Assembly (NCBI RefSeq): GCF_016026235.1
Contig: NZ_CP065613.1
Source of the DNA: Escherichia coli
Lineage (GTDB): Bacteria > Pseudomonadota > Gammaproteobacteria > Enterobacterales > Enterobacteriaceae
Direction: 5' to 3' (one strand)
DNA length: 64,000 nucleotides
This document shows positions 37,773 to 49,534 of this stretch, one piece after another. How positions within the stretch are numbered: the stretch's first letter is position 1; the number at the start of each line of letters is the position of its first letter. The notes under the pieces were generated by a model. It worked only from the letters and a program-made list of their open reading frames with translations. It had not been told where the DNA came from and searched no databases. The position numbers and the translations under genes were made by a program.

Positions 37773-38737
37773 TACCCCCGAAAGCGGTCTTGATTCTCAA
37801 GGAACCACTGGTAAGTGCTGGCAAGCCCCGCTTCCAGTGAGATTTCGTGATACCAGCCAAGCTGATGCAGCCGCGTCACATCCAGCAGTTTGCGCGGCGT
37901 GCCATCCGGTTTGCTGGCATCAAAAACTACCCGACCTTTGTAACCCACCACTTTGGCGATGGTTTGCGCCAGCTCACGGATAGTGCAGTCAACGCCCGTG
38001 CCGACGTTAATGTGCGACAGCATCGGCTGGGTGTTCTCCTGCCAGACTTCGTGCGCCAGCTCCATCACATGAATGCTCGCCGCTGCCATATCATCAACGT
38101 GTAGAAATTCGCGCATCGGCGTACCGCTGCCCCACACCACCACGTCCGGCGCATTCTGTGCCGTCGCCTCATGGAAGCGACGCAGCAATGCTGGGATCAC
38201 ATGCGAATTACTCGGGTGGAAGTTGTCGTGTGGCCCGTACAGGTTGGTTGGCATGACTGAGCGGTAATCCCGTCCGTACTGGCGGTTGTATGATTCACAC
38301 AGTTTGATCCCGGCGATTTTGGCAATGGCATAAGGCTCGTTGGTCGGCTCCAGCGTGCCCTGCAACAACTCGCTTTCTGCCATCGGCTGTTTTGCCAGTT
38401 TCGGGTAGATGCAGGACGATCCGAGAAACAGCAGTTTGTTCACGTCGTTCTGATGCGCGGCGTGAATGATGTTGCTCTCAATCATCATGTTCTGGTAGAT
38501 GAAATCTGCCGGATACGTGTTGTTGGCAACAATGCCGCCCACTTTCGCCGCCGCCAGATAGACCTGGTCAATACGTTCGCTGGCAAAGAAATCATGCACC
38601 GCGCGGCTGTCCAGCAGGCTCAGCTCGTCGCGGGTGCGTAATACCAGTTCCACATCACCGCGCTGTTCGAGCTGTCGCCTGATGGCGGAACCGACCATCC
38701 CGCGATGGCCAGCGATAAAAATGCGTTGTTTACTCAT
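37772..38737 (-). CDS. fcl: GDP-L-fucose synthase
   Basis: 321 aa SDR; position. Confidence 0.93.
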   Translation of the reverse strand: MSKQRIFIAGHRGMVGSAIRRQLEQRGDVELVLRTRDELSLLDSRAVHDFFASERIDQVYLAAAKVGGIVANNTYPADFIYQNMMIESNIIHAAHQNDVNKLLFLGSSCIYPKLAKQPMAESELLQGTLEPTNEPYAIAKIAGIKLCESYNRQYGRDYRSVMPTNLYGPHDNFHPSNSHVIPALLRRFHEATAQNAPDVVVWGSGTPMREFLHVDDMAAASIHVMELAHEVWQENTQPMLSHINVGTGVDCTIRELAQTIAKVVGYKGRVVFDASKPDGTPRKLLDVTRLHQLGWYHEISLEAGLASTYQWFLENQDRFRG

Positions 38738-38739
38738 GC

Positions 38740-39861
38740 TTATGACTCCAGCGCGATCGCCACGTCGTAGCCGTGAGATTTCAGCAGAGAGTGTTTTTTC
38801 GCCGCTTCGAGGTCATTAGCCACCATTTCAGACACCATCTCTCTGAGGGTGATTTCCGGTTTCCAGCCCAGTTTTTCGTGCGCTTTGGTCGGGTCACCGA
38901 GCAGCGTTTCAACTTCAGCCGGACGGAAGTAGCGCGGGTCAACGGCGATAATCACATCACCCGGTTTAACGCCCGGCGCGTCATGCCCGGTGACGGAAAC
39001 CACAATGCCCTTCTCTTCAACACCCGTGCCTTCAAAGCGCAGTTTGATACTCAGCTGTGCCGCCGCCATTTCCACGAACTGACGCACGGAGTACTGAACG
39101 CCGGTAGCAATAACGAAATCTTCCGGTTGTTCCTGTTGCAGCATCATCCACTGCATTTTTACGTAGTCTTTGGCGTGGCCCCAGTCACGCAGGGAATCCA
39201 TATTGCCGAGATACAGGCACGACTCCAGCCCCTGGGCGATGTTGGCGATTGCGCGGGTGATTTTGCGGGTAACGAAAGTCTCGCCACGGCGCGGGGATTC
39301 ATGGTTGAAGAGAATACCGTTACAGGCGTACATGTCGTAGGATTCGCGGTAGTTAACGGTGATCCAGTAGGCGTACAGTTTGGCGACCGCATACGGAGAG
39401 CGTGGGTAGAACGGCGTGGTCTCTTTCTGCGGAATTTCCTGCACCAGACCGTACAGTTCAGAAGTAGAAGCCTGATAGAAACGGGTTTTCTTTTCCAGAC
39501 CGAGGAAGCGGATCGCCTCGAGCAGGCGCAGCGTACCCATCGCATCGACGTCTGCGGTATATTCCGGTGACTCAAAAGAAACCGCAACGTGGCTCATTGC
39601 GCCCAGGTTGTACACTTCATCCGGCTGCACTTCACGCAAAATGCGCGTCAGGTTGGAGGTATCACTCAGGTCGCCATAATGCAGATGGAATTTCTGGTTG
39701 CAGGTGTGCGGATCCTGATAAATGTGATCCACGCGCTCGGTGTTGAATGACGATGCACGACGCTTAATACCATGCACTTCGTAACCTTTTTCCAGCAGAA
39801 ACTCTGCCAGGTAAGAACCGTCTTGTCCGGTTACACCGGTGATGAGAGCGACTTTTGACAT
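38740..39861 (-). CDS. gmd: GDP-mannose 4,6-dehydratase
   Basis: 373 aa; [26 protein letters not shown] start. Confidence 0.95.
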   Translation of the reverse strand: MSKVALITGVTGQDGSYLAEFLLEKGYEVHGIKRRASSFNTERVDHIYQDPHTCNQKFHLHYGDLSDTSNLTRILREVQPDEVYNLGAMSHVAVSFESPEYTADVDAMGTLRLLEAIRFLGLEKKTRFYQASTSELYGLVQEIPQKETTPFYPRSPYAVAKLYAYWITVNYRESYDMYACNGILFNHESPRRGETFVTRKITRAIANIAQGLESCLYLGNMDSLRDWGHAKDYVKMQWMMLQQEQPEDFVIATGVQYSVRQFVEMAAAQLSIKLRFEGTGVEEKGIVVSVTGHDAPGVKPGDVIIAVDPRYFRPAEVETLLGDPTKAHEKLGWKPEITLREMVSEMVANDLEAAKKHSLLKSHGYDVAIALES

Positions 39862-39887
39862 GTCTTATTCCTCTGTATTTTTTGAAT

Positions 39888-40436
39888 TTATTCAGTTTCA
39901 ACGCGTTTGCGTATCACCACTGCGGGGTTCCCCCGACAAACCACATTTGCCGGAAGCGATTTAAAAACACTGCTTCGCGCACCCACGACGGTGCCGTCGC
40001 CGATCGTGACGCCAGGGGCAACAAAGACATCGGTTGCCAGCCAGCATTTCTCGCCAATCACAATAGGCGTGGCGTTAATGGTGAAATGTTGACTTGCATG
40101 GTCGTGGCTACCGGTGCATAAATAACTTTTTTGCGATATCACCGAATGTGCGCCAATGGTTATTTCACCGAGGGTATATAAATTGACCTCATCGCCGACC
40201 CACGCGTAATCACCTAAGGTTAATTTCCACGGATAGGTAATTTTTACTGACGGACGAATAACTACGTTTTTACCTATTTTTGCCCCGAATAAACGTAATA
40301 AAAATGCCCGCCAGCGATACAATACTTGTGGCGACCAGGCAAATATTGTTGCCTGTACTGCCCACCACAATTGCACTTTAATAGCGTTGCCACCCCGGAA
40401 CCCTTTCGGCACCGAGAAACCACTTAAATCCTGCAT
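39888..40436 (-). CDS. wcaF: Colanic acid acetyltransferase WcaF
   Basis: 182 aa hexapeptide-repeat acetyltransferase; position. Confidence 0.9.
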   Translation of the reverse strand: MQDLSGFSVPKGFRGGNAIKVQLWWAVQATIFAWSPQVLYRWRAFLLRLFGAKIGKNVVIRPSVKITYPWKLTLGDYAWVGDEVNLYTLGEITIGAHSVISQKSYLCTGSHDHASQHFTINATPIVIGEKCWLATDVFVAPGVTIGDGTVVGARSSVFKSLPANVVCRGNPAVVIRKRVETE

Positions 40437-40451
40437 CGTTTTCCCTTATAT

Positions 40452-41198
40452 TCAGATTTTGTTATATAAGGCTTTCGTCTTTGAGGTAGTACGTTGGCGT
40501 AAATGCCAGGATAATTCTGCCCAGAAACCAGGCACATGTAATATCTGCCGTTGGACTTTTTTGGCGTCAGCACATAATTCCATATTATTGGTGGTAGATA
40601 CTCCACCCATAGAAAATTCAGACACCAGGCCATTGAGTTTTCTAAATGCATAACCGGCTTTATACATTTTGGCTGCCAGCGCGTAATCGGAAGAAACTTT
40701 ATATTCCAGGTCATAACGCCATTTTTTCAAGCCGGATACCGGAAAAAATATCGCCTGATGACTGGCGGGCAGGCTGTGATAAATATACCAGCCCGGTTTG
40801 GCGCTACGTTTAATTTTATGCCCGTCGCCAAAATCCAGCAGCGCATCGCCAGTGATCATCACGTTATCTTTTTGTACTTTTAACTTACGGACAAAATTTG
40901 CGGCATCCTGATGAAAAATATCACCTGAGTTGAGAAACAACGCGAACTTGCCTTGTGCCATCGCAATGCCTTTGTTCATGGCGTCGTAGATACCGTTATC
41001 TGGCTCGCTGACAAAACGTAGGTTATAGATACCCTTGAGATTTTCCAGGTACTCACGGGTGCCGTCATTGGAACCGCCATCGACAACAATCCATTCGAAG
41101 CTGATATCGTCCGCCTGCGCCAGATGCGCCAGCGAGGCGTGTGTTTTGACTATCCCTGCGAGGTTACGAAACGCGACAGTGATTATGCTAAGCAACAT
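40452..41198 (-). CDS. wcaE: Colanic acid glycosyltransferase WcaE (GT2)
   Basis: 248 aa GT2; position. Confidence 0.9.
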   Translation of the reverse strand: MLLSIITVAFRNLAGIVKTHASLAHLAQADDISFEWIVVDGGSNDGTREYLENLKGIYNLRFVSEPDNGIYDAMNKGIAMAQGKFALFLNSGDIFHQDAANFVRKLKVQKDNVMITGDALLDFGDGHKIKRSAKPGWYIYHSLPASHQAIFFPVSGLKKWRYDLEYKVSSDYALAAKMYKAGYAFRKLNGLVSEFSMGGVSTTNNMELCADAKKVQRQILHVPGFWAELSWHLRQRTTSKTKALYNKI

Positions 41199-41208
41199 GT
41201 TCTTATTC

Positions 41209-42426
41209 TTACCTCGTAATATTTAACGCTTTTCGCAAAATAAACGGACAGACGATTAAAAATGCATATTCCGGGCTAAATATCGAACCGGTAAAAAACA
41301 GCGATACCGGAGTAAAAAGATATAATTGCACGCGAAAATTGCGGTTATCACCAAAAGCGTTGATCATCATTTTTATCACTTTCCCCATGTACCACAGCGA
41401 TAAAAACACTGCGAACCAGGAAAAATAAATAATCAGCAGATACAAACCATTGTCTATGGTTTTTCCGACATCCGCACCGTTAAATATTCCGAATGATGCG
41501 ACGTATTCATAAAGTGAGCCAAATCTGACTACACCGTCAATATGGGTCAAAGAATAACCGACCATCACCAGCGGACCGACAATACGATAATACGATGACG
41601 ATCCTTCCGTACCTAAATCGCCCAGACGGGTGGAAATATAAGGAAACGCGATTACCACACCAACCAGGAATACAGCCAGAGAAATCAATGCCAACGGTAA
41701 CTTTTTCTTAATCGCCTCTTTATTCAGATATTGAAATGCCCACTCCAGCAAATAAAACAGGATAAAGGTCATAACCCCTGAAAACGATCCGGATAATATT
41801 ATCCCTGCGAGAATCATAGCATCGGTTTTAGGCGTTTTGATACCAAACTGTTTGATGCTGAGCCAAATTGAGATTAATGCCAGAGCGAAAAATGCCGGTT
41901 CGAAATAAAGTGCTGTCGTGCGCTTGCCGCCGAATTTAATGAAATTCAGTACATAGCTGTTGCTGTAAATCAGATATTTCGAAATCGACTCCATAATACT
42001 GCTGCCACCGGTGAGGATAATTTGCGCCATCTCCACCGCCGCCAGCGCCACCACCAGCCCGACCACCAGATAAAAGAAACGTAATATCTTGCGATGGTTG
42101 TGTGGCGAAATCGTTTTAAAGCGAATACTCCACACCATGCCAATAATGATCACAATATAGACAAACAGCATGGTTGAAGTGACGTATTTACTGGCATCCA
42201 GCGACTGACCAAACAGATAGTTAAACGCCGTGAGTCCCGCACCAATCCCTAAGGCAATCATCAATTTTTTAACGCTGATGCGTTCTAAAAACAGCAGTAA
42301 CAAGACAGGTAAAAAAGTGACGATGGTGATGGGGAAACTTTCGCCAAGCTGGGCGATTTTGACGTTAACCAGCAGGTAGATCAGCGGCAGCAGCAGGTAG
42401 CTACAGATTCTGATAGAAGTTGACAT
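41209..42426 (-). CDS. wcaD: Colanic acid polymerase WcaD
   Basis: ORF 41209-42498; start placed at internal [15 protein letters not shown]; polytopic membrane protein. Confidence 0.85.
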   Translation of the reverse strand: MSTSIRICSYLLLPLIYLLVNVKIAQLGESFPITIVTFLPVLLLLFLERISVKKLMIALGIGAGLTAFNYLFGQSLDASKYVTSTMLFVYIVIIIGMVWSIRFKTISPHNHRKILRFFYLVVGLVVALAAVEMAQIILTGGSSIMESISKYLIYSNSYVLNFIKFGGKRTTALYFEPAFFALALISIWLSIKQFGIKTPKTDAMILAGIILSGSFSGVMTFILFYLLEWAFQYLNKEAIKKKLPLALISLAVFLVGVVIAFPYISTRLGDLGTEGSSSYYRIVGPLVMVGYSLTHIDGVVRFGSLYEYVASFGIFNGADVGKTIDNGLYLLIIYFSWFAVFLSLWYMGKVIKMMINAFGDNRNFRVQLYLFTPVSLFFTGSIFSPEYAFLIVCPFILRKALNITR

Positions 42427-43618
42427 ACTCCTCCAGCATCTGTTGTCCACTGTAGGCCGCGCGGCTGCGTTGGCTGAACTCAGCCAGCGTGGTACCAAAT
42501 ATCGCCTGCGCGATTTCCGGTTTGCTTAACTGCACCAGTTGCAGCACGTCTTCTTCGCTGACGGTTTTACCGCCGGATTTTTGCAGCACTTCCCGCGCCG
42601 CGTCGCTATGGGTGGCAATCACCGGCACGCCAATCGATAGCGCCTCACACAAAATCAGCGGGTAGTTATCGACGCGAGAACTGAACACCAGCGCATCCAT
42701 CTGATTGAGCGCGCTCATCAACTTGCGCTTGTCAGTTTCAAAGCAGTGATTAACCACGTTGCCAGCGGTGAACGGCGAGAACTTACCAAAGGTATGCAGT
42801 TCGATTTTGTCGCCCAGCGCCATCATCTCACGCACCAGTTGCTGGTTAGTTTTGCCGTCGTAACGCAGGTCATGCGCCACCACCGCGATTTTCGGCTTAC
42901 CCTGGGTTTCGCGCACCGGGGGCAGATCCGCCAGAATCGCTTCGGTTGCCATATCAATACCATTATTGATAATCCGGCAACGCCCTGGCCCGTACAGACT
43001 ATTGAAAGCGTCAGCCACATGCTGGCTGGGGGAAATAAACTGACAGCCCAGCGCCAGCATCTCGCGGAATAACTGGCGTTTGCCCGCCACCAGCTGGTGC
43101 GCGCGATCAATCTTCACCGGCGGATAGTTATTTAAGGTCGGGCATTTCTGGCAGCCCGTTTTCCAGCCTTCGCAACCGTCGGTAAAGGCGCAGCGTCCGG
43201 TAACGCTCCAGTGGTCGTGTAACGTCCAGACCAGAGTGACGTCCGGTTTATGGTTTTTCACCTTCTCGCAAAAGCGCACCACGCTCTTAAGATTCAACCA
43301 GTAGCTGTGCAGCACATGCAAATGCAGGACCACCGGGCCCGGTGTGCGAGTAATGGTGCGATATAACTCATTGAAATTGCCAAACAGATCGTGATTAAAC
43401 AGACGAAACAGGGCAATATTCGCCATCGCGGTCATCCGCGGCGTATGTTTGATGACCTGCGGATAGTTCTGATGGCTGACGCTCTCTTTGCCGCCTTTGC
43501 CGTAGCCATAGACAAAATGTGACGCCAGCCCCTGTTGCAGCGCACGCTGGTGGAGATCTAACGCCACACCTGCTGCCCCGCCTTCCGCCAGTCGCACATT
43601 AAATTGCAAAATATTCAT
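42401..43618 (-). CDS. wcaC: Colanic acid glycosyltransferase WcaC
   Basis: 405 aa GT-B glycosyltransferase; position. Confidence 0.9.
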   Translation of the reverse strand: MNILQFNVRLAEGGAAGVALDLHQRALQQGLASHFVYGYGKGGKESVSHQNYPQVIKHTPRMTAMANIALFRLFNHDLFGNFNELYRTITRTPGPVVLHLHVLHSYWLNLKSVVRFCEKVKNHKPDVTLVWTLHDHWSVTGRCAFTDGCEGWKTGCQKCPTLNNYPPVKIDRAHQLVAGKRQLFREMLALGCQFISPSQHVADAFNSLYGPGRCRIINNGIDMATEAILADLPPVRETQGKPKIAVVAHDLRYDGKTNQQLVREMMALGDKIELHTFGKFSPFTAGNVVNHCFETDKRKLMSALNQMDALVFSSRVDNYPLILCEALSIGVPVIATHSDAAREVLQKSGGKTVSEEDVLQLVQLSKPEIAQAIFGTTLAEFSQRSRAAYSGQQMLEEYVNFYQNL

Positions 43619-44103
43619 TTAATTACCTTCACTCGCGCTTTTTCTCCCACCACCAGCGCGTTGTCCGAGACAGAGTCGAGCACCACGCTGCCCGCGCCCA
43701 CGGTGACGTTGTTACCAAGCGTGATATCACCAAGAATAATGACGTTGGCACCGAGTTCGACGCCGTTGCCAATGTGTGGACATGCCATGTTATCGGCACC
43801 ACGATTGCCGATAGTGACGCCGTGGCGAATGGTGAAATCATCCCCCGCTACCACGTTTTTATTGATCACTACGGCGTAACCGTGATGGATAGTAAAGCGG
43901 CGGCCAATGGTCGCGGCTGCCTGGATTTCATAACCGAAAAAGCATTCGGTGATAATGCGATACAGCACCAGCAGCGGGGCCGCCCACAGATTGTTGAGGA
44001 CGTTCTTTTTGCGCCACACCGAACAAAAATGAGCGACGCGATAGGCAAGAACCATGCAGCACGGGCGTAAACTCCAGCTGTTGGCGCGTAGATCTTCCAG
44101 CAT
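43615..44103 (-). CDS. wcaB: Colanic acid acetyltransferase WcaB
   Basis: 162 aa hexapeptide acetyltransferase; position. Confidence 0.9.
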   Translation of the reverse strand: MLEDLRANSWSLRPCCMVLAYRVAHFCSVWRKKNVLNNLWAAPLLVLYRIITECFFGYEIQAAATIGRRFTIHHGYAVVINKNVVAGDDFTIRHGVTIGNRGADNMACPHIGNGVELGANVIILGDITLGNNVTVGAGSVVLDSVSDNALVVGEKARVKVIK

Positions 44104-44105
44104 CT

Positions 44106-44945
44106 TTAGCGCCCCCGAATACCATCAGCCAGACGTTTGCCGTTACGCACCGACAGCAGCGTCAGCAAAGTGCGCCAGGTCATACGTTTATTGCGGATCT
44201 GGTAGAGGGTAAACAGCTGATATTTTTTACTGGCACGGTCGAATTTGTCTTTGTGCTTGCGGTAAAAGTGGAAGTATCCGGAGAATTTTTTCGGTGACGA
44301 GGTGATCTGCATTTCACCGTGATTGATATGCAGGATCTGCGTCGCCTCTTCCACTTTCCACGGTTCGCCATACTCCACCACCATCCGCAGGAAGATGTCG
44401 TAATCCTGTGCCGCTTTCAGTTCGGTATCGAACAAACACTCTTTGAAACGCCATGCCCAGGTAAAGACCTGATTGCCAATGATATTGCGTTTATAGAACA
44501 GGCGGCGTGAATACGGCGATTTGGGATACAGCGGCAAGCTTGCCGGTTGGGAATAGACTTCGCCCTGGCAAACGTAGTCGTTAGCGTACAAAAAGGCGTG
44601 AGTGACCAGTTGCTGTTTATGGGCGAGGAAGACGCTCAGACGGTTGGGTGTCCATTCATCATCATCATCGATCCCGGTGATGTATTCCCCTTGCGCCAGC
44701 ATAATCGCCTGGTTACGTACCGCGCACGCCCCGCTGTTAATGTCGTTGTGAATGTAAGTGATACGCGGATCGTTGAGGGCGGTGACGTACTGTTGCAGTT
44801 GTTCCCAGGAGGTGGAGCAATCATCCACGATGATCATCTCCCAGTTGCTGTAGTCCTGGCGCAGGACCGATTTTATCGCCCGAATCGCCAGTTGTTGGCG
44901 GTTCCAGGTCGGCATATAGATTGAAATCAGCGGATTGTCTTTCAT
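44106..44945 (-). CDS. wcaA: Colanic acid glycosyltransferase WcaA (GT2)
   Basis: 279 aa GT2 (ISIYMPTWNRQQ ... VDDCS); position. Confidence 0.9.
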   Translation of the reverse strand: MKDNPLISIYMPTWNRQQLAIRAIKSVLRQDYSNWEMIIVDDCSTSWEQLQQYVTALNDPRITYIHNDINSGACAVRNQAIMLAQGEYITGIDDDDEWTPNRLSVFLAHKQQLVTHAFLYANDYVCQGEVYSQPASLPLYPKSPYSRRLFYKRNIIGNQVFTWAWRFKECLFDTELKAAQDYDIFLRMVVEYGEPWKVEEATQILHINHGEMQITSSPKKFSGYFHFYRKHKDKFDRASKKYQLFTLYQIRNKRMTWRTLLTLLSVRNGKRLADGIRGR

Positions 44946-44974
44946 TGGTTGTTCTCCCGGAGTGTCGAGATGTT

Positions 44975-45115
44975 CTGCCGGTTTATAAGCTTGTTTACGG
45001 GTTCTGTTGCCGGATGCGGCGTGAGCGCCTTATCCGGCCTACGGAGCTGGTTTGCTTGCCGGATGCGGCGTGAAGGTAGGTCGGATAAGATGCGTCAGCA
45101 TCGCATCCGACAGCG
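44975..45115. repeat. REP/BIME cluster between wcaA and wzc
   Basis: Two or three copies of gccggatgcggcgtga...cgccttatccggcctac type palindromic units. Confidence 0.65.
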
Positions 45116-45122
45116 GATGTCG

Positions 45123-47285
45123 TTATTTCGCATCCGACTTATATTCGTATTCGTAATAGCCATAATCCTGATACGCGCTGGCGCGGCGGAAGATGGAGTT
45201 CAGAATCACCCCTTTCACCGGAATACCGTTTTGCTCAAAGCGGCTCAGACTGGTTTCCACTTCTTTCAAGGTGTTGACCGCATAACGCGCCACCATTAAC
45301 GTGGTTCCGACATGACGACCAACAATTGCGGCATCGGTCACTGCCAGAATCGGCGGCGTATCAATCAACACCAGGTCGTAGTTTTTACTCGCCCAGTTCA
45401 CCAGTTCGGCAAAGCGTTCGCTCATCAACAGTTCAGAAGGATTTGGCGGCACCTGACCGCGCGGGATCAGGTCAAATTTGGCAATAGAGGTCGGTTTAGC
45501 TGCGGTAGTAATATCGCCCTGACCAATCAGAATTTCCGACAGGCCATTGACGTTATTGGTACCCAACAGCTCGTGGGTGTAGCCTTTGCGCATATCGCAG
45601 TCGATCAACAACACCCGTTTATTGGTCTGACTGATCACCGCCGCCAGGTTGGCGCAGACAAAGGTTTTACCAATTGACGGGCTAACCCCGGTCATCATCA
45701 ACACATTGTTCTGCGCCTGCATCATCGCGAAGTGCAGACTGGTACGCAGACTGCGGATGGCTTCAATCGCCAGATCGGTTGGATTCCCCACCGCCAGTAG
45801 CTGGCTCTGTTTATAGCGTTTAATCCCTTTGATGGTTTTGACGCTATCGCGCGCTTTCTGCCATTCCGACAGCGGGATGCTGGCATAGACGCTGATACCA
45901 TGTTCTTCCAGCACCTGCGGGCTTTCGATGCCGCGATTAAACAACGAGCGCAGCAGCACACCCACGATAGAGAGCATCAGGCCAAGGATAATCGCGCCGA
46001 GGATAATCAGTCCTTTCTTCGGTTTCAGCACGCCAGGCTGGGTGATTGCCGGGTCAACAATGCGCACATCGCCGACGGTGCTGGCTTCGGTGATTTTCAG
46101 CTCCTGCTCTTTATTCAGCAGTTGCATATAGACCTGCTGACCAGACTCGACATCGCGGGTCAGGCGCACAATCTCCTGCTGGGTTTTCGGCATCGCCGTT
46201 ACGCGACCGTTAAGTTTGGCTTTCTCTTCTTCCAGCGCCTGACGTTTCTCCAGCAGCGTGCGGTACGCCGGGTGAACTTTGGTGTACAGCTTGGAGATTT
46301 CCGCCTCTTTAAAGGTCAGTTCGTTCAACTGCGCGTCGATGTTCACCATCGAATCGAGCACCGCTTTCGCTTCAAGCGGCAGATCAACAGAATCTTTATC
46401 CTGACGGAAGGCATTCAGTTTGTTTTCGGCAACATCGAGGCGGCTACGTACTTCCGGTAACTGTTGCGCGAGGAAAGCGAGGCTTTTCGACGCTTCCGCC
46501 GATTTGCGCTCAATATTTTGTTCCTGATAGTTACGGGCGATGCTGTTAAGAATGTCGCGGATCTGTTCGCGATCTTCACCGGTATAAGTCAGGCTCAGTA
46601 CGCCTGCGTCTTTGCCGTTCTCCGTTACCGTCAGGCTGTTTTGCAGTTGGTTGATCATCCCCAACGTGGAGTATTTGGTGACGGTAAACTCACTGCCCGG
46701 GCGGGCGTGAATGGCTTCAACCATCAGCGTGACGCCTTCTTTTTTCAGCATCTGGCCCGCTTGCCCACGGGCGCTAAAGCCGCCATCACTGCTCAGGGTG
46801 TAGTTTTTATTGTCCAGCACATTAAGCGTAAACACCTGGTCCGCCATCTCTTTCGGGCGGTTAAAGGTAGTCACTTTCACCGTCTCGTTCTGGCGTCCCA
46901 TCAGTCGATCCCAGCCCGCCCCGAAAATCGGGAACGTGTTTTTGCTCACTGCAATATCGAGGTCGAGATCGTCCACCGTTTTACCAAGCACCAGACGCGA
47001 ACGAATCAACTGGATCTCGGCGTCCGATGCAGGCGGTTTGTTGGCTAATGCCGAACCAATGTCCTGCACTAACGAATTGCCGATGTTTTGCTCGATTTGT
47101 ACCAGTGCGTCGGCACTATAAATCGGCGTGGCGAAGAAGGTGTAAACCACGGCACAGAGGGCAAATACAGCGGTGATGCCAATCACCCACCAGCGCGCTT
47201 CAATGACGGTGCCGACCAGGCGACCAATATCGATTTCATCACTGCCCGTTACCGGAGCGGCATGTTGTTTTACTTTTTCTGTCAT
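45123..47285 (-). CDS. wzc: Tyrosine autokinase / polysaccharide co-polymerase
   Basis: ORF 45123-47321; start placed at MTEKVKQHAAP; Walker A (PSIGKT) and C-terminal Tyr-rich tail YYEYEYKSDAK. Confidence 0.93.
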   Translation of the reverse strand: MTEKVKQHAAPVTGSDEIDIGRLVGTVIEARWWVIGITAVFALCAVVYTFFATPIYSADALVQIEQNIGNSLVQDIGSALANKPPASDAEIQLIRSRLVLGKTVDDLDLDIAVSKNTFPIFGAGWDRLMGRQNETVKVTTFNRPKEMADQVFTLNVLDNKNYTLSSDGGFSARGQAGQMLKKEGVTLMVEAIHARPGSEFTVTKYSTLGMINQLQNSLTVTENGKDAGVLSLTYTGEDREQIRDILNSIARNYQEQNIERKSAEASKSLAFLAQQLPEVRSRLDVAENKLNAFRQDKDSVDLPLEAKAVLDSMVNIDAQLNELTFKEAEISKLYTKVHPAYRTLLEKRQALEEEKAKLNGRVTAMPKTQQEIVRLTRDVESGQQVYMQLLNKEQELKITEASTVGDVRIVDPAITQPGVLKPKKGLIILGAIILGLMLSIVGVLLRSLFNRGIESPQVLEEHGISVYASIPLSEWQKARDSVKTIKGIKRYKQSQLLAVGNPTDLAIEAIRSLRTSLHFAMMQAQNNVLMMTGVSPSIGKTFVCANLAAVISQTNKRVLLIDCDMRKGYTHELLGTNNVNGLSEILIGQGDITTAAKPTSIAKFDLIPRGQVPPNPSELLMSERFAELVNWASKNYDLVLIDTPPILAVTDAAIVGRHVGTTLMVARYAVNTLKEVETSLSRFEQNGIPVKGVILNSIFRRASAYQDYGYYEYEYKSDAK

Positions 47286-47287
47286 TC

Positions 47288-47731
47288 TTATACCTGCTCT
47301 GCGTTCAATGCCTGCGCCCACTGGCGGGCAGACCGTTCAAGTAATGTGTACACCGCTGCAAACGTTTCCCGGCTTTTGCGATACGGATCGGGGATTTCAC
47401 ATTCGTTATCCCAGTGACCAAACAGCATCACTTTGCCGCGCATCTCAGGTGCCATCTCGCATAAGCGTTCGATATGGCGCTTTTCCATGGTCAAAATCAG
47501 GTCATAGTTGCGACACAGGCGGCGGCTGATTTGTCGTGCACAGTGGCCTTCCAGAGACAGTTGATGTTCTGCGGCGACGCTGATAGCGGTAGGATCAGCG
47601 CCCTTACCGACCAGCGCGCCGAGTCCAGCGGACTCCACTTTCAGTTCCGGGTGATAACGTTGCAGTAAGCGTTCCGCCGTCGGGGAACGGCAAATATTGC
47701 CGACACAGACAACTAATATGTTGTTAAACAT
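47288..47731 (-). CDS. wzb: Low-molecular-weight protein-tyrosine phosphatase
   Basis: 147 aa; CVGNICRSP P-loop. Confidence 0.95.
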   Translation of the reverse strand: MFNNILVVCVGNICRSPTAERLLQRYHPELKVESAGLGALVGKGADPTAISVAAEHQLSLEGHCARQISRRLCRNYDLILTMEKRHIERLCEMAPEMRGKVMLFGHWDNECEIPDPYRKSRETFAAVYTLLERSARQWAQALNAEQV

Positions 47732-47736
47732 GACGA

Positions 47737-48876
47737 TTACCAGTTATGAATGTCGCTGGCTGTATCCGTCATGTAACGGACACCGCTAATAGTTGGCAGC
47801 AACTGATTGATCAGACGGTTCCAGCGGGAAACCGGGGCGGTGGTGACATACACCACGTCATAAGGTTGCAGGCGGAATTCTGTCGCCATCACCAGCGACG
47901 TGGCATCGGACATATCCAGCTGGTAGATATTGGCAATCTTGCCATTACGCCCGCCCTCGCCTTTCAGCGGACGAATGACAAAGATGCCGCTGGCGTTGGA
48001 GGTGGTCATGTCGATACCTTCAGCATTGCCCAGAGCTTCAGTCAGGGTCATGCCGCTAAAGTCCATTTTCAGGGTGCTCTGTTTCTTCACTTCACCCATC
48101 ACAAATACTTTCAGATCATCATTACGGGGCACGTAGAGAATATCGCCGGGATAAAGCAGTCGGTTCTGATTGAGGTCGCCGTTTTGCATCAGCGCCTGTA
48201 AAGAAATGCGTTCTTCACGACCATTGTGTGTTAGCACTACGTTGCGCCAGTCAGCGGTGTCGGTCAGGCCACCTGCGGCGTTGATGGCGTCGAGAATAGT
48301 CAGTGGCACGTTGGTGATCGCCTGTTGACCGGATTTATTCACCTGACCGGAGATATAGGCCTTTTGTGAGCGGAAGGCGGCGATATTAACGTCCACCTGC
48401 GGGTCAGCGATGTACGTCGCTAAGCGCCCGGTAATATCACTGCGGATTTCAGCGAGCGTTTTCCCGACTACGTGAACCTTGCCGATATACGGGTAAAACA
48501 TAGTGCCGTCAGGCTGTACCCAGTTGCCGGTGTCGCTGGAGCTGCGGTACTGACCGGCTGGCGTGGTGAGTTCCGGGTGATCCCAGACGGTGACATTAAG
48601 AACGTCCCCCGGCCCGACGCGATACTGGTAATTCGCGATCTCGCTTTCCAGCGTCATATTGGGGCGCGCTACATTCGGGCGTGGGCGTAATTGGTCAATC
48701 AGGCGCGGGGTCAGCGGATAAACATTCACCATTTTGTCGAGATCGAAATCAGCGTCCTGCTGTTTGATGACGTCTTTGCCCATCGTCGACATATTGCTGC
48801 CCGGAAGTACTGTGCAACCGCTTATCAAGGTTACTGACACCAATAATGGCATCAATTTCATTTTGGATTTCATCAT
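47737..48876 (-). CDS. wza: Outer-membrane polysaccharide export lipoprotein
   Basis: 379 aa; lipoprotein signal with LISGC lipobox; first gene of the cps operon. Confidence 0.95.
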   Translation of the reverse strand: MMKSKMKLMPLLVSVTLISGCTVLPGSNMSTMGKDVIKQQDADFDLDKMVNVYPLTPRLIDQLRPRPNVARPNMTLESEIANYQYRVGPGDVLNVTVWDHPELTTPAGQYRSSSDTGNWVQPDGTMFYPYIGKVHVVGKTLAEIRSDITGRLATYIADPQVDVNIAAFRSQKAYISGQVNKSGQQAITNVPLTILDAINAAGGLTDTADWRNVVLTHNGREERISLQALMQNGDLNQNRLLYPGDILYVPRNDDLKVFVMGEVKKQSTLKMDFSGMTLTEALGNAEGIDMTTSNASGIFVIRPLKGEGGRNGKIANIYQLDMSDATSLVMATEFRLQPYDVVYVTTAPVSRWNRLINQLLPTISGVRYMTDTASDIHNW

Positions 48877-49054
48877 TGTTTATTTATCACTTTGGCAGAG
48901 TAATTATCCTGTGCACTATTAATAGCAATGTCGCCATGCACATTTACCTTGCAGTTAATTGAATAAAAATTTAACTGGCATCAGTCCTAAAAAAATTGAT
49001 TTCATCCGCAGGCTATTGACAGAATAATTCAGACTGGTCTTTCAGGCATCCAGA

Positions 49055-49093
49055 CACGCTACCGCCCCTGGCTTTTTAGCTACCAATACACTG
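49055..49093 (-). promoter_or_regulatory. JUMPStart-like element with ops site upstream of wza
   Basis: + strand cacgctaccgcccctggctttttagctaccaatacactg; same ops 12-mer (reverse complement) at 49055-49066; lies in the wza leader. Confidence 0.8.
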
Positions 49094-49534
49094 ATTTAGA
49101 TTAATTTTTCAAACCCTCTCTGCATACAATCGTTGATGAGAAAGGGTTATTGCGGAAATTAACTTCCGAATATAAGGTGACATTATGGTAATTGAATATT
49201 GGCTCTCCAATAATGCAGGAGGAAGTGTTACAGCTAACGGAATAGCAGGCAAGGTAACAATTCGGCAATTGGCTATTTTTAAGAATTATATTAAGTGTCA
49301 TTCAATATGGTTTTTAGGAGTTTCTTTAGGTTGACAATATTTAATATTGCGCCTCCACATGCGATATTTCTTAAATAATGTTTTATTATTACCACTTTTA
49401 ATTCAGGGATAATGTGAGGTTATTACCCTCAAATAATATGAGATAAATAGTGCTGCAACATTGCATTTTTTCCCCGATTTATCCATGATCGAATTGTGAC
49501 ATTTGTCATACAACGAATAGGTTTTGTACTTACT

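Noticed and set aside
48877-49534. wza-yegH intergenic region inspected for hidden small ORFs (66 and 104 aa frames) and CRISPR-like repeats
   Set aside because: Only the JUMPStart element and AT-rich promoter-like sequence found; the short ORFs lack support.
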